The position numbers were made by a program, and so were the translations under genes. Of a stretch of 64,000 nucleotides of DNA, positions 48,601-64,000 are shown one piece after another (the stretch's first letter is position 1; the number at the start of each line of letters is the position of its first letter). Source of the stretch: Eledone cirrhosa (Eukaryota); assembly GCA_964016885.1 (NCBI GenBank), contig OZ024742.1, forward strand, positions 6,076,001 to 6,140,000. The letters run 5' to 3'. Below the pieces are notes generated by a model. It had not been told where the DNA came from. It searched no databases and saw only the letters and a program-made list of their open reading frames with translations.

Positions 48601-51600
48601 TATCATAGCAACAAGGCTGTAATAACAACACCAATGGCAACAGCAACAACAACAACAACTATCATAGCAACAACGCTGTAATAACAACACCAATGGCAAC
48701 ACCAACAACAACAACAATTATCATAGCAACAACGCTGTAATAACAACACCAATGGCAACAACAACAACAACTATCATAGCAACAACGCTGTAATAACAAC
48801 ACCAATGGCAACAGCAACAACAACAACTATCATAGCAACAACGCTGTAATAACAACGCCAATCGCAACAGCAACAAAAACTATCATAGTAACAACGCTGT
48901 AATAACAACAGCAATGGCAACAACAACAACAACTCTCATAGCAACAACGCTGTAATAACAACAGCAATGGCAACAGCAACAACAACAACTATCATAGCAA
49001 CAACGCTGTAATAACAACGCCAATGGCAAAAGCAACAACAACTATCATAGCAACAACGCTGTAATAACAACAGCAATGGCAACAGCAACAACAACAACTA
49101 TCATAGCAACAACACTGTAATAACAACACCAATGGCAACATCAACAACAACAACAAGTATCATAGCAACAACGTTGTAGTAACAACACCAATGGCAACAT
49201 CAACAACAACAACTCTCATAGTAACAACGCTGTAATAACAACACCAATGGCAACAAGAACAACAACAACAACAACTATCATAGCAACAACGCTGTAATAA
49301 CAACACCAATGGCAACATCAACAACAACAACTATCATAGCAACAACGCTGTAATAACAACACCAATGGCAACAGCAACAACAACAACTATCATAGCAACA
49401 ACGCTGTAATAACAACACCAATGGCAACAGCAACAACAACAACTATCATAGCAACAACGCTGTAATAACAACACCAATGGCAACAGCAACAACAACAACT
49501 ATCATAGCAACAACGCTCTAATAACAACACCAATGGCAACAGCAACAACAACAACTATCATAGCAACAACGCTGTAATTACACAGCAATGGCAACATCAA
49601 CAACAACAACTATCATAGCAACAACGCTGTAATAACAACAGCAATGGCAACATCAACAACAACAACTATCATAGCAACAACGCTGTAATAACAACACCAA
49701 TGGCAACAGCAACAACAACAACTATCATAGCAACAACGCTGTAATAACAACACCAATGGCAACAGCAACAACAACAACTATCATAGCAACAACGCTGTAA
49801 TAACAACACCAATGGCAACAGCAACAACAACAACTATCATAGCAACAACGCTGTAATAACAACACCAATGGCAACAGCAACAACAACAACTATCATAGCA
49901 ACAACGCTGTAATAAGACAGCAATGGCAACATCAACAACAACAACTATCATAGCAACAACGCTGTAATAACAACAGCAATGGCAACATCAACAACAACAA
50001 CTATCATAGCAACAACGCTGTAATAACAACACCCATGGCAACAGCAACAACAACAACTATCATAGCATCAACGCTGTAATAACAACGCCAATGGCAACAG
50101 CAACAAAAACTATCATAGTAACAACGCTGTAATAACAACACCAATGGCAACAGCAACAACAACAACTATCATAGCAACAACGCTGTAATAACAACACCAA
50201 TGGCAACAGCAACAACAACAACTATCATAGCAACAACGCTCTAATAACAACACCAATGGCAACAGCAACAACAACAACTATCATAGCAACAACGCTGTAA
50301 TAACAACACCAATGGCAACAGCAACAACAACAACTATCATAGCAACAACGCTGTAATAACAACACCAATGGCAACAGGAACAACAACAACTATCATAGCA
50401 ACAACGCTGTAATAACAACACCAATGGCAACAGCAACAACAACAACTATCATAGCACCAACGCTGTAATAACAACACCAATGGCAACAGCAACAACAACA
50501 ACTATCATAGCAACAACGCTGTAATAAGACAGCAATGGCAACATCAACAACAACAACTATCATAGCAACAACGCTGTAATAACAACACCCATGGCAACAG
50601 CAACAACAACAACTATCATAGCAACAACGCTGTAATAACAACAGCAATGGCAACAGCAACAACAACAAGTATCATAGCAACAACGCTGTAATAACAACAG
50701 CAATGGCAACATCAACAACAACTTTCATAGCAACAACGCTGTAATAACAACACCAATGGCAACAGCAACAACAACAACTATCATAGCAACAACGCTGTAA
50801 TAACAACACCAATGGCAACAGCAACAACAACAACTATCATAGCAACAACGCTGTAATAACAACACCAATGGCAACATCAACAACAACAACAACAACTATC
50901 ATAGCAACAACGCTGTAATAACAACACCAATGGCAACATCAACAACAACAACTATCATAGCAACAACGCTGTAATAACAACACCAATGGCAACATCAACA
51001 ACAACAACTATCATAGCAACAACGCTGTAATAACAACACGAATGGCAACATCAACAACAACAACTATCATAGCAACAACGCTGTAATAACAACACGAATG
51101 GCAACATCAACAACAACAACTATCATAGCAACAACGCTGTAATAACAACACGAATGGCAACATCAACAACAACAACTATCATAGCAACAACGCTGTAATA
51201 ACAACACCAATGGCAACATCAACAACAACAACTATCATAGCAACAACGCTGTAATAACAACACCAATGGCAACATCAACAACAACAACTATCATAGCAAC
51301 AACGCTGTAATAACAACACCAATGGCAACAGCAACAAAAACAACTATCACAGCAACAACGCTGTAATAACAACACCAATGGCAACATCAACAACAATAAC
51401 TATCATAGCAACAACGCTGTAATAACAACACCAATGGCAACAGCAACAACAACAACTATCATAGCAACAACGCTTTAATACCAACGCCAATGGCAACAAC
51501 AACAACAACAACAACTATCACAGCAACAAGGGTGTAATAACAACACTAATGGCAACAGCAACAACAACAACAACTATCATAGCAACACCGCTGTAATAAC

Positions 51601-54600
51601 AACACCAATGGCAACAGCAACTATCATAGCAACAACGCTGTAATAACAACACCAATGGCAACAACAACTATCATAGCAACAACGCTGTAATAACAACACC
51701 AATGGCAACATAAACAACAACAACAACAACAACTGTCATAGCAACAACGCTGTAATAACAACACCAATGGCAACATCAACAACAACAACAACAACTATCA
51801 TAGCAACAACGCTGTAATAGCAACACCCATGGCAACAGCAACAACAACAACTATCATAGCAACAACGCTGTAATAACAACAGCAATGGCAACATCAACAA
51901 CAACAACTATCATAGCAACAACGCTGTAATAACAACACCAATGGCAACAGCAACAACAACAACTATCATAGCAACAACGCTGTAATAACAACACCAATGG
52001 CAACAGCAACAACAACAACTATCATAGCAACAACGCTGTAATAACAACACCAATGGCAACAGCAACAACAACAACTATCATAGCAACAACGCTGTAATAA
52101 CAACACCAGTGGCAACAGCAACAACAACAACTATCATAGCAACAACGCTGTAATAACAACACCAATGGCAACATCAACAACAACAACTATCATAGCAACA
52201 ACGCTGTAATAACAACAGCAATGTCAACATCAACAACAACAACTATCATAGCAACAACGCTGTAATAACAACACCCATGGCAACAGCAACAACAACAAGT
52301 ATCATAGCAACAACGCTGTAATAACAACAGCAATGGCAACATCAACAACAACAACTTTCATAGCAACAACGCTGTAATAACAACACCAATGGCAACAGCA
52401 ACAACAACAACTATCATAGCAACAACGCTGTAATAACAACACCAATGGCAACATCAATAACAACAACTATCATAGCAACTACGCTGTAATAACAACACGA
52501 ATGGCAACATCAACAACAACAACTATCATAGCAACAACGCTGTAATAACAACACGAATGGCAACATCAACAACAACAACTATCATAGCAACAACGCTGTA
52601 ATAACAACACGAATGGCAACATCAACAACAACAACTATCATAGCAACAACGCTGTAATAACAACACCAATGGCAACATCAACAACAACAACTATCATAGC
52701 AACAACGCTGTAATAACAACACCAATGGCAACAGCAACAAAAACAACTATCATAGCAACAACGCTGTAATAACAACACCAATGGCAACATCAACAACAAT
52801 AACTATCATAGCAACAACGCTGTAATAACAACACCAATGGCAACAGCAACAACAACAACTATCATAGCAACAACGCTTTAATACCAACGCCAATGGCAAC
52901 AACAACAACAACAACAACTATCACAGCAACAAGGCTGTAATAACAACACTAATGGCAACAGCAACAACAACAACAACTATCATAGCAACACCGCTGTAAT
53001 AACAACACCAATGGCAACAGCAACTATCATAGCAACAACGCTGTAATAACAACACCAATGGCAACAACAACTATCATAGCAACAACGCTGTAATAACAAC
53101 ACCAATGGCAACAGCAACAAAAACTATCATAGTAACAACGCTGTAATAACAACAGCAATGGCAACAACAACAACAACTATCATAGCAACAACGCTGTAAT
53201 AACAACAGCAATGGCAACAGCAACAACAACAACTATCATAGCAACAACGCTGTAATAACAACGCCAATGGCAAAAGCAACAACAACTATCATAACAACAA
53301 CGCTGTAATAACAACAGCAATGGCAACAGCAACAACAACAACTATCATAGCAACAACACTGTAATAACAACACCAATGGCAACATCAACAACAACAACAA
53401 GTATCATAGCAACAACGTTGTAGTAACAACACCAATGGCAACATCAACAACAACAACTCTCATAGTAACAACGCTGTAATAACAACACCAATGGCAACAA
53501 GAACAACAACAACAACAACTATCATAGCAACAACGCTGTAATAACAACACCAATGGCAACATCAACAACAACAACTATCATAGCAACAACGCTGTAATAA
53601 CAACACCAATGGCAACAGCAACAACAACAACTATCATAGCAACAACGCTGTAATAACAACACCAATGGCAACAGCAACAACAACAACTATCATAGCAACA
53701 ACGCTGTAATAACAACACCAATGGCAACATCAACAACAACAACAACAACTATCATAGCAACAACGCTGTAATAACAACACCAATGGCAACATCAACAACA
53801 ACAACTATCATAGCAACAACGCTGTAATAACAACACCAATGGCAACATCAACAACAACAACTATCATAGCAACAACGCTGTAATAACAACACCAATGGCA
53901 ACATCAACAACAACAACTATCATAGCAACAACGCTGTAATAACAACACCAATGGCAACATCAACAACAACAACTATCATAGCAACAACGCTGTAATAACA
54001 ACACCAATGGCAACATCAACAACAACAACTATCATAGCAACAACGCTGTAATAACAACACGAATGGCAACATCAACAACAACAACTATCATAGCAACAAC
54101 GCTGTAATAACAACACCAATGGCAACATCAACAACAACAACTATCATAGCAACAACGCTGTAATAACAACACCAATGGCAACATCAACAAAAACAACTAT
54201 CATAGCAACAACGCTGTAATAACAACACCAATGGCAACATCAACAACAATAACTATCATAGCAACAACGCTGTAATAACAACACCAATGGCAACATCAAC
54301 AAAAACAACTATCATAGCAACAACGCTGTAATAACAACACCAATGGCAACATCAACAACAATAACTATCATAGCAACAATGCTGTAATAACAACACTAAT
54401 GGCAACAGCAACAACAACAACAACTATCATAGCAACACCGCTGTAATAACAACACCAATGGCAACAACAACTATCATAGCAACAACGCTGTAATAACAAC
54501 ACCAATGGCAACATAAACAACAACAACAACAACAACTGTCATAGCAACACCGCTGTAATAACAACACCAATGGCAACAGCAACTATCATAGCAACAACGC

Positions 54601-57600
54601 TGTAATAACAACACCAATGGCAACAACAACTATCATAGCAACAACGCTGTAATAACAACACCAATGGCAACATAAACAACAACAACAACAACAACTATCA
54701 TAGCAACAACGCTGTAATAACAACAGCAATGGCAACAGCAACAACAACAACTATCATAGCAACAACGCTGTAATAACAACACCAATGGCAACAGCAACTA
54801 TCATAGCAACAACGCTGTAATAACAACACCAATGGCAACAACAACTATCATAGCAACAACGCTGTAATAACAACAACAATGGCAACATAAACAACAACAA
54901 CAACAACAACTGTCATAGCAACAACGCTGTAATAACAACACCAATGGCAACATCAACAACAACAACAACAACTATCATAGCAACAACGCTGTAATAGCAA
55001 CACCCATGGCAACAGCAACAACAACAACTATCATAGCAACAACGCTGTAATAACAACAGCAATGGCAACAGCAACAACATAACTATCATAGCAACAACGC
55101 TGTAATAACACAGCAATGGCAACATCAACAACAACAACTTTCATAGCAACAACGCTGTAATAACAACACCAATGGCAACAGCAACAACAACAACTATCAT
55201 AGCAACAACGCTGTAATAACAACACCAATGGCAACAGCAACAACAACAACTATCATAGCAACAACGCTGTAATAACAACAGCAATGGCAACAGCAACAAC
55301 AACAACTATCATAGCAATAACGCTGTAATAACAACAGCAATGGCAACAGCAACAACAACAACTATCATAGCAACAACGCTGTAATAACACAGCAATGGCA
55401 ACATCAACAACAACAACTTTCATAGCAACAACGCTGTAATAACAACACCAATGGCAACAGCAACAACAACAACTATCATAGCAACAACGCTGTAATAACA
55501 ACACCAATGGCAACAGCAACAACAACAACTATCATAGCAACAACGTTGTAATAACAACACCAATGGCAACAGCAACAACAACAACTATCATAGCAACAAC
55601 GCTGTAATAACACAGCAATGGCAACATCAACAACAACAACTATCTTAGCAACAACGCTGTAATAACAACAGCAATGACAACATCAACAACAACAACTATC
55701 GTAGCAACAACGCTGTAATAACAACACCCATGGCAACAGCAACAACAACAACTATCATAGCAACAACGCTGTAATAACAACAGCAATGGCAACAGCAACA
55801 ACAACAAGTATCATAGCAACAACGCTGTAATAACAACAGCAATGGCAACATCAACAACAACAACTTTCATAGCAACAACGCTGTAATAACAACACCAATG
55901 GCAACAGCAACAACAACAACTATCATAGCAACAACGCTGTAATAACAACACCAATGGCAACAGCAACAACAACAACTATCATAGCAACAACGCTGTAATA
56001 ACAACACCAATGGCAACATCAACAACAACAACAACAACTATCATAGCAACAACGCTGTAATAACAACACCAATGGCAACATCAACAACAACAACTATCAT
56101 AGCAACAACGCTGTAATAACAACACCAATGGCAACAACAACTATCATAGCAACAACGCTGTAATAACAACAGCAATGGCAACAACAACAACAACAACTAT
56201 CATAGCAACAACGCTATAATAACAACACCAATGGCAACAGTAACAACAACAACTATCATAACAACAACGCTGTAATAACAACACCAATGGCAACAGCAAC
56301 AACAACAACTATCATAGCAACAACGCTATAATAACAACACCAATGGCAACAGCAACAACAACAACTATCATAGCAACAACGCTATAATAACAACACCAAT
56401 GGCAACAGCAACAACAACAACTATCATAGCAACAACGCTGTAATAACAACAGCAATGGCAACAGCAACAACAACAACTATGATAGCAACAACGCTGTAAT
56501 AACACAGCAATGGCAACATCAACAACAACAACTATCATAGCAACAACGCTGTAATAACAACACCCATGGCAACAGCAACAACAACAACTATCATAGCAAC
56601 AACGCTGTAATAACAACAGCAATGGCAACAGCAACAACAACAACTTTCATAGCAACAACGCTGTAATAACAACACCCATGGCAACAGCAACAATAACAAC
56701 TATCATAGCAACAACGCTGTAATAACAACACCAATGGCAACAACAACTATCATAGCAACAACGCTGTAATAACAACACCAATGGCAACATCAACAACAAC
56801 AACAACAACTATCATAGCAACAACGCTGTAATAACAACACCAATGGCAACAGCAACAACAACACTATCATAGCAACAACGTTGTAATTACAACACCAATG
56901 GCAACAGCAACAACAACAACTATCATAGCAACAAGGCTGTAATAAAAACACCAATGGCAACAACAACAACAACAACTATCATAGCAACAACGCTGTAATA
57001 ACAACAGCAATGGCAACAACAACAACAACAACTATCATAGCAACAACGCTATAATAACAACACCAATGGCAACAGCAACAACAACAACTATCATAACAAC
57101 AACGCTGTAGTAACGGTAACAATGGCAACATCAACAACAACAACTATCATAGCAACAACGCTATAATAACAACACCAATGGCAACAGCAACAGCAACAAC
57201 TATCATAGCAACAACGCTATAATAACAACACCAATGGCAACAGCAACAACAACAACTATCATAGCAACAACGCTGTAATAACAACAGCAATGGCAACAGC
57301 AACAACAACAACTATGATAGCAACAACGCTGTAATAACACAGCAATGGCAACATCAACAACAACAACTATCATAGCAACAACGCTGTAATAACAACACCC
57401 ATGGCAACAGCAACAACAACAACTATCATAGCAACAACGCTGTAATAACAATACCAATGGCAACAGCAACAACAACAACTATCATAGCAACAACGCTGTA
57501 ATAACAACACCAATGGCAACATCAACAACAACAACAACAACAACTATCATAGCAACAACGCTGTAATAACAACACCTATGGCAACAACAACAACAACAAC

Positions 57601-60600
57601 TATCATAGCAACAACGCTGTAATAACAACAGCAATGGCAACAGCAACAACAACAACTATCATAGCAACAACGCTGTAATAACAACAGCAATGGTAACAGC
57701 AACAACAACAACTTTCATAGCAACAACGCTGTAATAATAACACCAATGGCAACATCAACTATCATAGCAACAACGCTGTAATAACAACACCAATGGCAAC
57801 AACAACTATCATAGCAACAACGCTGTAATAACAACACCAATGGCAACATCAACAACAACAACTATCATAGCAACAACGCTGTAATAACAACACCAATGGC
57901 AACATCAACAACAACAACAACAACTATCATAGCAGCAACGCTGTAATAACAACAACAATGGCAACAACAACAACAACTATCATAGCAACAACGCTGTAAT
58001 TACAACACCAATGGCAACATCAACAACAACAACTATCATAGCAACAACGCTGTAATAACAACACCAATGGCAACATCAACAACAACAACAACAACTATCA
58101 TAGCAACAACGCTGTAATAACACAGCAATGGCAACATCAACAACAACTATCATAGCAACAAGGCTGTAATAACAACACCAATGGCAACATCAACAACAAC
58201 AACAACAACAACTATCATAGCAACAACGCTGTAATAACAACACCAATGGCAACATCAACAACAACAACAACAACAACAACTATCATAGCAACAACGCTGT
58301 AATAACAACACCAATGGCAACATCAACAACAACAACAACAACTATCATAGCAACAACGCTGTAATAACAACACCAATGGCAACAGCAACAACAACAACTA
58401 TCATAGCAACAACGCTGTAATAACAACACCAATGGCAACATCAACAACAACAACTATCATAGCAACAACGTTGTAATAACAACACGAATGGCAACAACAA
58501 CAACAACAACTAGCATAGCAACAACGCTGTAATAACAACACCAATGGCAACAACAACAACAACAACAACTATCATAGCAACAGCGCTGTAATAACAACAC
58601 GAATGGCAACAACAACAACAACAACTAGCATAGCAACAACGCTGTAATAACAACACCAATGGCAACAACAACAACAACAACAACTATCATAGCAACAACG
58701 CTGTAATAACAACACCAATGGCAACATCAACTACAACAACAACTATCATAGCAACAACGCTGTAATAACAACACCAATGGCAACAGCAACTATCATAGCA
58801 ACAACGCTGTAATAACAACACCAATGGCAACAGCAACTATCATAGCAACAACGCTGTAATAACAACACCAATGGCAACATCAACAACAACAACAACAACT
58901 ATCATAGCAACAACGCTGTAATAACAACACCAATGGCAACAGCAACAACAACACTATCATAGCAACAACGCTGTAATAACAACAGCAATGGCAACAACAA
59001 CAACAACAACTATCATAGCAACAACGCTATAATAACAACACCAATGGCAACAGCAACAACAACAACTATCATAACAACAACGCTGTAATAACGGCAGCAA
59101 TGGCAACATCAACAACAACAACTATCATAGCAACAACGCTATAATAACAACACCAATGGTAACAGCAACAACAACAACTATCATAGCAACAACGCTGTAA
59201 TAACACAGCAATGGCAACAACAGCAACAACAACTATCATAACAACAACGCTGTAATAACAACACCAATGGCAACATCAACAACAACAACTATCATAGCAA
59301 CAACGCTGTAATAACAACGCCAATGGCAACAGCAACAAAAACTATCATAGTAACAACGCTGTAATAACAACACCAATGGCAACAGCAACAACAACAACTA
59401 TCATAGCAACAACGCTGTAATAACAACACCAATGGCAACAGCAACAACAAAAACTATCATAGCAACAACGCTGTAATAACAACACCAATGGCAACAGCAA
59501 CAACAACAACTATCATAGCAACAACGCTGTAATAACAACACCAATGGCAACAAGAACAACAACAACAACATCTCTCATAGTAACAACGCTGTAATAACAA
59601 CACCAATGGCAACAAGAACAGCAACAACAACAACTATCATAGCAACAACGCTGTAATAACACAGCAATGGCAACAACAGCAACAACAACTATCATAACAA
59701 CAACGCTGTAATAACAACACCAATGGCAACATCAACAACAACAACTATCATAGCAACAACGCTGTAATAACAACACCAACAGCAACAGCAACAACAACAA
59801 CTTTCATAGCAACAACGCTGTAATAACAACACCAATGGCAACAGCAACAACAACAACTATCATAGCAACAACGCTGTAATAACAACACCAATGGCAACAG
59901 AAACAACAACAACTACCATAGCAACAACGCTGTAAAAACAACACCAATGGCAACAGTAACAACAACAACTATCATAGCAACAATGCTGTAATAACAACAC
60001 CAATGGCAACAGCAACAACAACAACTATCATAGCAACAACGCTGTAATAACAACACCAATGGCAACAGCAACAACAAAAACTATCATAGCAACAACGCTG
60101 TAATAACAACACCAATGGCAACAGCAACAACAACAACTATCATAGCAACAACGCTGTAATAACAACACCAATGGCAACAGAAACAACAACAACTACCATA
60201 GCAACAACGCTGTAATAACAACACCAATGGCAACAGCAACAACAACAACTACCATAGCAACAACGCTGTAATAACAACACCAATGGCAACATCAACAACA
60301 ACAACTATCATAGAAACAACGCTGTAATAACAACAGCAATGGCAACAGCAACAACAACAACTATCATAGCAACAACGCTGTAATAACAACACCAATGGCA
60401 ACATCAACAACAACAACAACAACAACTATCATAGCAACAACGCTGTAATAACAGAGCAATGGCAACATCAACGACAACAACTATCATAGCAACAACGCTG
60501 TAATAACAACACCATTAGCAACAGCAACAACAACAACAACTATCATAGCAACAACGCTGTAATAACAACACCAATGGCAACATCAACAACAACAACTATC

Positions 60601-63600
60601 ATAGCAACAACGCTGTAATAACAACACCAATGGCAACATCAACAACAACAACTATCATAGCAACAACACTGTAATAACAACACCAATGGCAACAGCAACA
60701 ACAACAACAACTATCATAGCAACAACACTGTAATAACAACACCAATGGCAACAGCAACAACAACAACAACTATCATAGCAACAACACTGTAATAACAACA
60801 CCAATGGCAACAGCAACAACAACAACTATCATAGCAACAACACTGTAATAACAACACCAATGGCAACAGCAACAACAACAACAACTATCATAGCAACAAC
60901 ACTGTAATAACAACACCAATGGCAACATCAACAACAACAACTATCATAGCAACAACACTGTAATAACAACACCAATGGCAACAGCAACAACAACAACAAC
61001 TATCATAGCAACAACACTGTAATAACAACACCAATGGCAACAGCAACAACAACAACAACTATCATAGCAACAACACTGTAATAACAACACCAATGGCAAC
61101 AGCAACAACAACAACAACTATCATAGCAACAACACTGTAATAACAACACCAATGGCAACATCAACAACAACAACTATCATAGCAACAACACTGTAATAAC
61201 AACACCAATGGCAACAGCAACAACAACAACAACTATCATAGCAACAACACTGTAATAACAACACCAATGGCAACAGCAACAACAACAACTATCATAGCAA
61301 CAACACTGTAATAACAACACCAATGGCAACAGCAACAACAACAACAACTATCATAGCAACAACACTGTAATAACAACACCAATGGCAACAGCAACAACAA
61401 CAACTATCATAGCAACAACACTGTAATAACAACACCAATGGCAACAGCAACAACAACAACAACTATCATAGCAACAACACTGTAATAACAACACCAATGG
61501 CAACATCAACAACAACAACTATCATAGCAACAACACTGTAATAACAACACCAATGGCAACAGCAACAACAACAACAACTATCATAGCAACAACACTGTAA
61601 TAACAACACCAATGGCAACAGCAACAACAACAACAACTATCATAGCAACAACACTGTAATAACAACACCAATGGCAACAGCAACAACAACAACAACTATC
61701 ATAGCAACAACACTGTAATAACAACACCAATGGCAACAGCAACAACAACAACAACTATCATAGCAACAACGCTGTAATAACAACACCAATGGCAACATCA
61801 ACAACAACAACTATCATAGCAACAACACTGTAATAACAACACCAATGGCAACAGCAACAACAACAACAACTATCATAGCAACAACGCTGTAATAACAACA
61901 CCAATGGCAACAGCAACAACAACAACAACTATCATAGCAACAACACTGTAATAACAACACCAATGGCAACAGCAACAACAACAACAACTATTATAGCAAC
62001 AACGCTGTAATAACAACACCAATGGCAACATCAACAACAACAACTATCATAGCAACAACACTGTAATAACAACACCAATGGCAACAACAACAACAACAAC
62101 AACTATCATAGCAACAACACTGTAATAACAACACCAATGGCAACATCAACAACAACAACTATCATAGCAACAACGCTGTAATAACAACAGCAATGGCAAC
62201 ATCAACAACAACAACTATCATAGCAACAACACTGTAATAACAACACCAATGGCAACATCAACAACAACAACTATCATAGCAACAACACTGTAATAACAAC
62301 ACCAATGGCAACAGCAACAACAACAACAACTATCATAGCAACAACGCTGTAATAACAACACCAATGGCAACATCAACAACAACAACTATCATAGCAACAA
62401 CACTGTAATAACAACACCAATGGCAACATCAACAACAACAACTATCATAGCAACAACGCTGTAATAACAACACCAATGGCAACAGCAACAACAACAACAA
62501 CTACTATCATAGCAACAACGCTGTAATAAGAACACCAATGGCAACATCAACAACAACAACTATCATAGCAACAACACTGTAATAACAACACCAATGGCAA
62601 CATCAACAACAACAACTATCATAGCAACAACGCTGTAATAACAACACCAATGGCAACAGCAACAACAACAACAACAACTATCATAGCAACAACGCTGTAA
62701 TAAGAACACCAATGGCAACATCAACAACAACAACTATCATAGCAACAACGCTGTAATAACAACACCAATGGCAACAGCAACAACAACAACTATCATAGCA
62801 ACAACACTGTAATAACAACACCAATGGCAACATCAACAACAACAACTATCATAGCAACAACGCTGTAATAACAACACCAATGGCAACAGCAACAACAACA
62901 ACAACAACTATCATAGCAACAACGCTGTAATAAGAACACCAATGGCAACATCAACAACAACAACTATCATAGCAACAACGCTGTAATAACAACACCAATG
63001 GCAACAGCAACAACAACAACAACTATCATAGCAACAACGCTGTAATAACAACACCAATGGCAACATCAACAACAACAACTATCATAGCAACAACGCTGTA
63101 ATAACAACACCAATGGCAACAGCAACAACAACAACAACTATCATAGCAACAACGCTGTAATAACAACACCAATGGCAACATCAACAACAACAACTATCAT
63201 AGCAACAACGCTGTAATAACAACACCAATGGCAACAGCAACAACAACAACAACTATCATAGCAACAACGCTGTAATAACAACACCAATGGCAACATCAAC
63301 AACAACAACTATCATAGCAACAACACTGTAATAACAACACCAATGGCAACAGCAACAACAACAACAACTATCATAGCAACAACGCTGTAATAAGAACACC
63401 AATGGCAACATCAACAACACCAACTATCATAGCAACAACGCTGTAATAACAACACCAATGGCAACAGCAACAACAACAACAACTACTATCATAGCAACAA
63501 CGCTGTAATAACAACACCAATGGCAACATCAACAACAACAACTATCATAGCAACAACGCTGTAATAACAACACCAATGGCCACAGCAACAACAACAACAA

Positions 63601-64000
63601 CTATCATAGCAACAACGATGTAATAACAACACCAATGGCAACAACAACAACAACTATCATAGCAACAACGCTGTAATAAAAACACCAATGGCAACAGCAA
63701 CAACAACAACTATCATAGCAACAACGCTGTAATAACAACACCAATGGCAACTGCAACAACAACAACAACTACTATCATAGCAACAACGCTGTAATAACAA
63801 CACCAATGGCAACATCAACAAGAACAACTATCATAGCAACAACGCTGTAATAACAACACCAATGGCAACAGCAACAACAACAACAACTATCATAGCAACA
63901 ACGATGTAATAACAACACCAATGGCAACAACAACAACAACTATCATAGCAACAACGCTGTAATAAAAACACCAATGGCAACAGCAACAACAACAACTATC
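45643..64000. repeat. Satellite array, 56-bp consensus ACTATCATAGCAACAACGCTGTAATAACAACACCAATGGCAACAGCAACAACAACA, >18 kb, runs off the window
   Basis: Period 56 (e.g. ATCATAG at 47101 and 47157). Length variants mostly differ by AAC triplets. Confidence 0.97.

Noticed and set aside
45643-64000. Satellite as a CRISPR array or as Cys/Leu-rich coding ORFs
   Set aside because: There are no unique spacers and no cas genes. The ORFs are translations of (TTG)n-like repeats with frequent stops.

Overview
Gene-free, AT-rich, microsatellite-dense animal heterochromatin-like DNA. The tRNA-derived SINE resembles octopus SINEs as I recall them, so a cephalopod origin is an inference. Bases 1-45,000 are a pile-up of retroelements: three Tx1/L1-clade LINEs (all disrupted), an R4/Dong-type RLE LINE (one copy with an intact 1216-aa ORF, one 5'-truncated copy, one diverged relative), a near-intact RTE LINE with three C-terminal C2H2 fingers, four Penelope-like element (PLE) fragments and several SINEs. 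Bases ~45,640-64,000 are a 56-bp (AAC)n-derived satellite with higher-order structure. The least expected signal is a set of small non-coding elements in (TA)n tracts, each carrying a minimal type-I hammerhead ribozyme (HHR) with a palindromic stem III. The best example is a 310-bp retrozyme-like tandem array folded into a large palindrome. Other notable points are a SINE sharing its 3' tail with the Tx1 LINEs, (TAA)n tracts at most LINE junctions, and a conserved GGTAAG motif before Tx1 ORF2. All calls are by eye and no database search was run.
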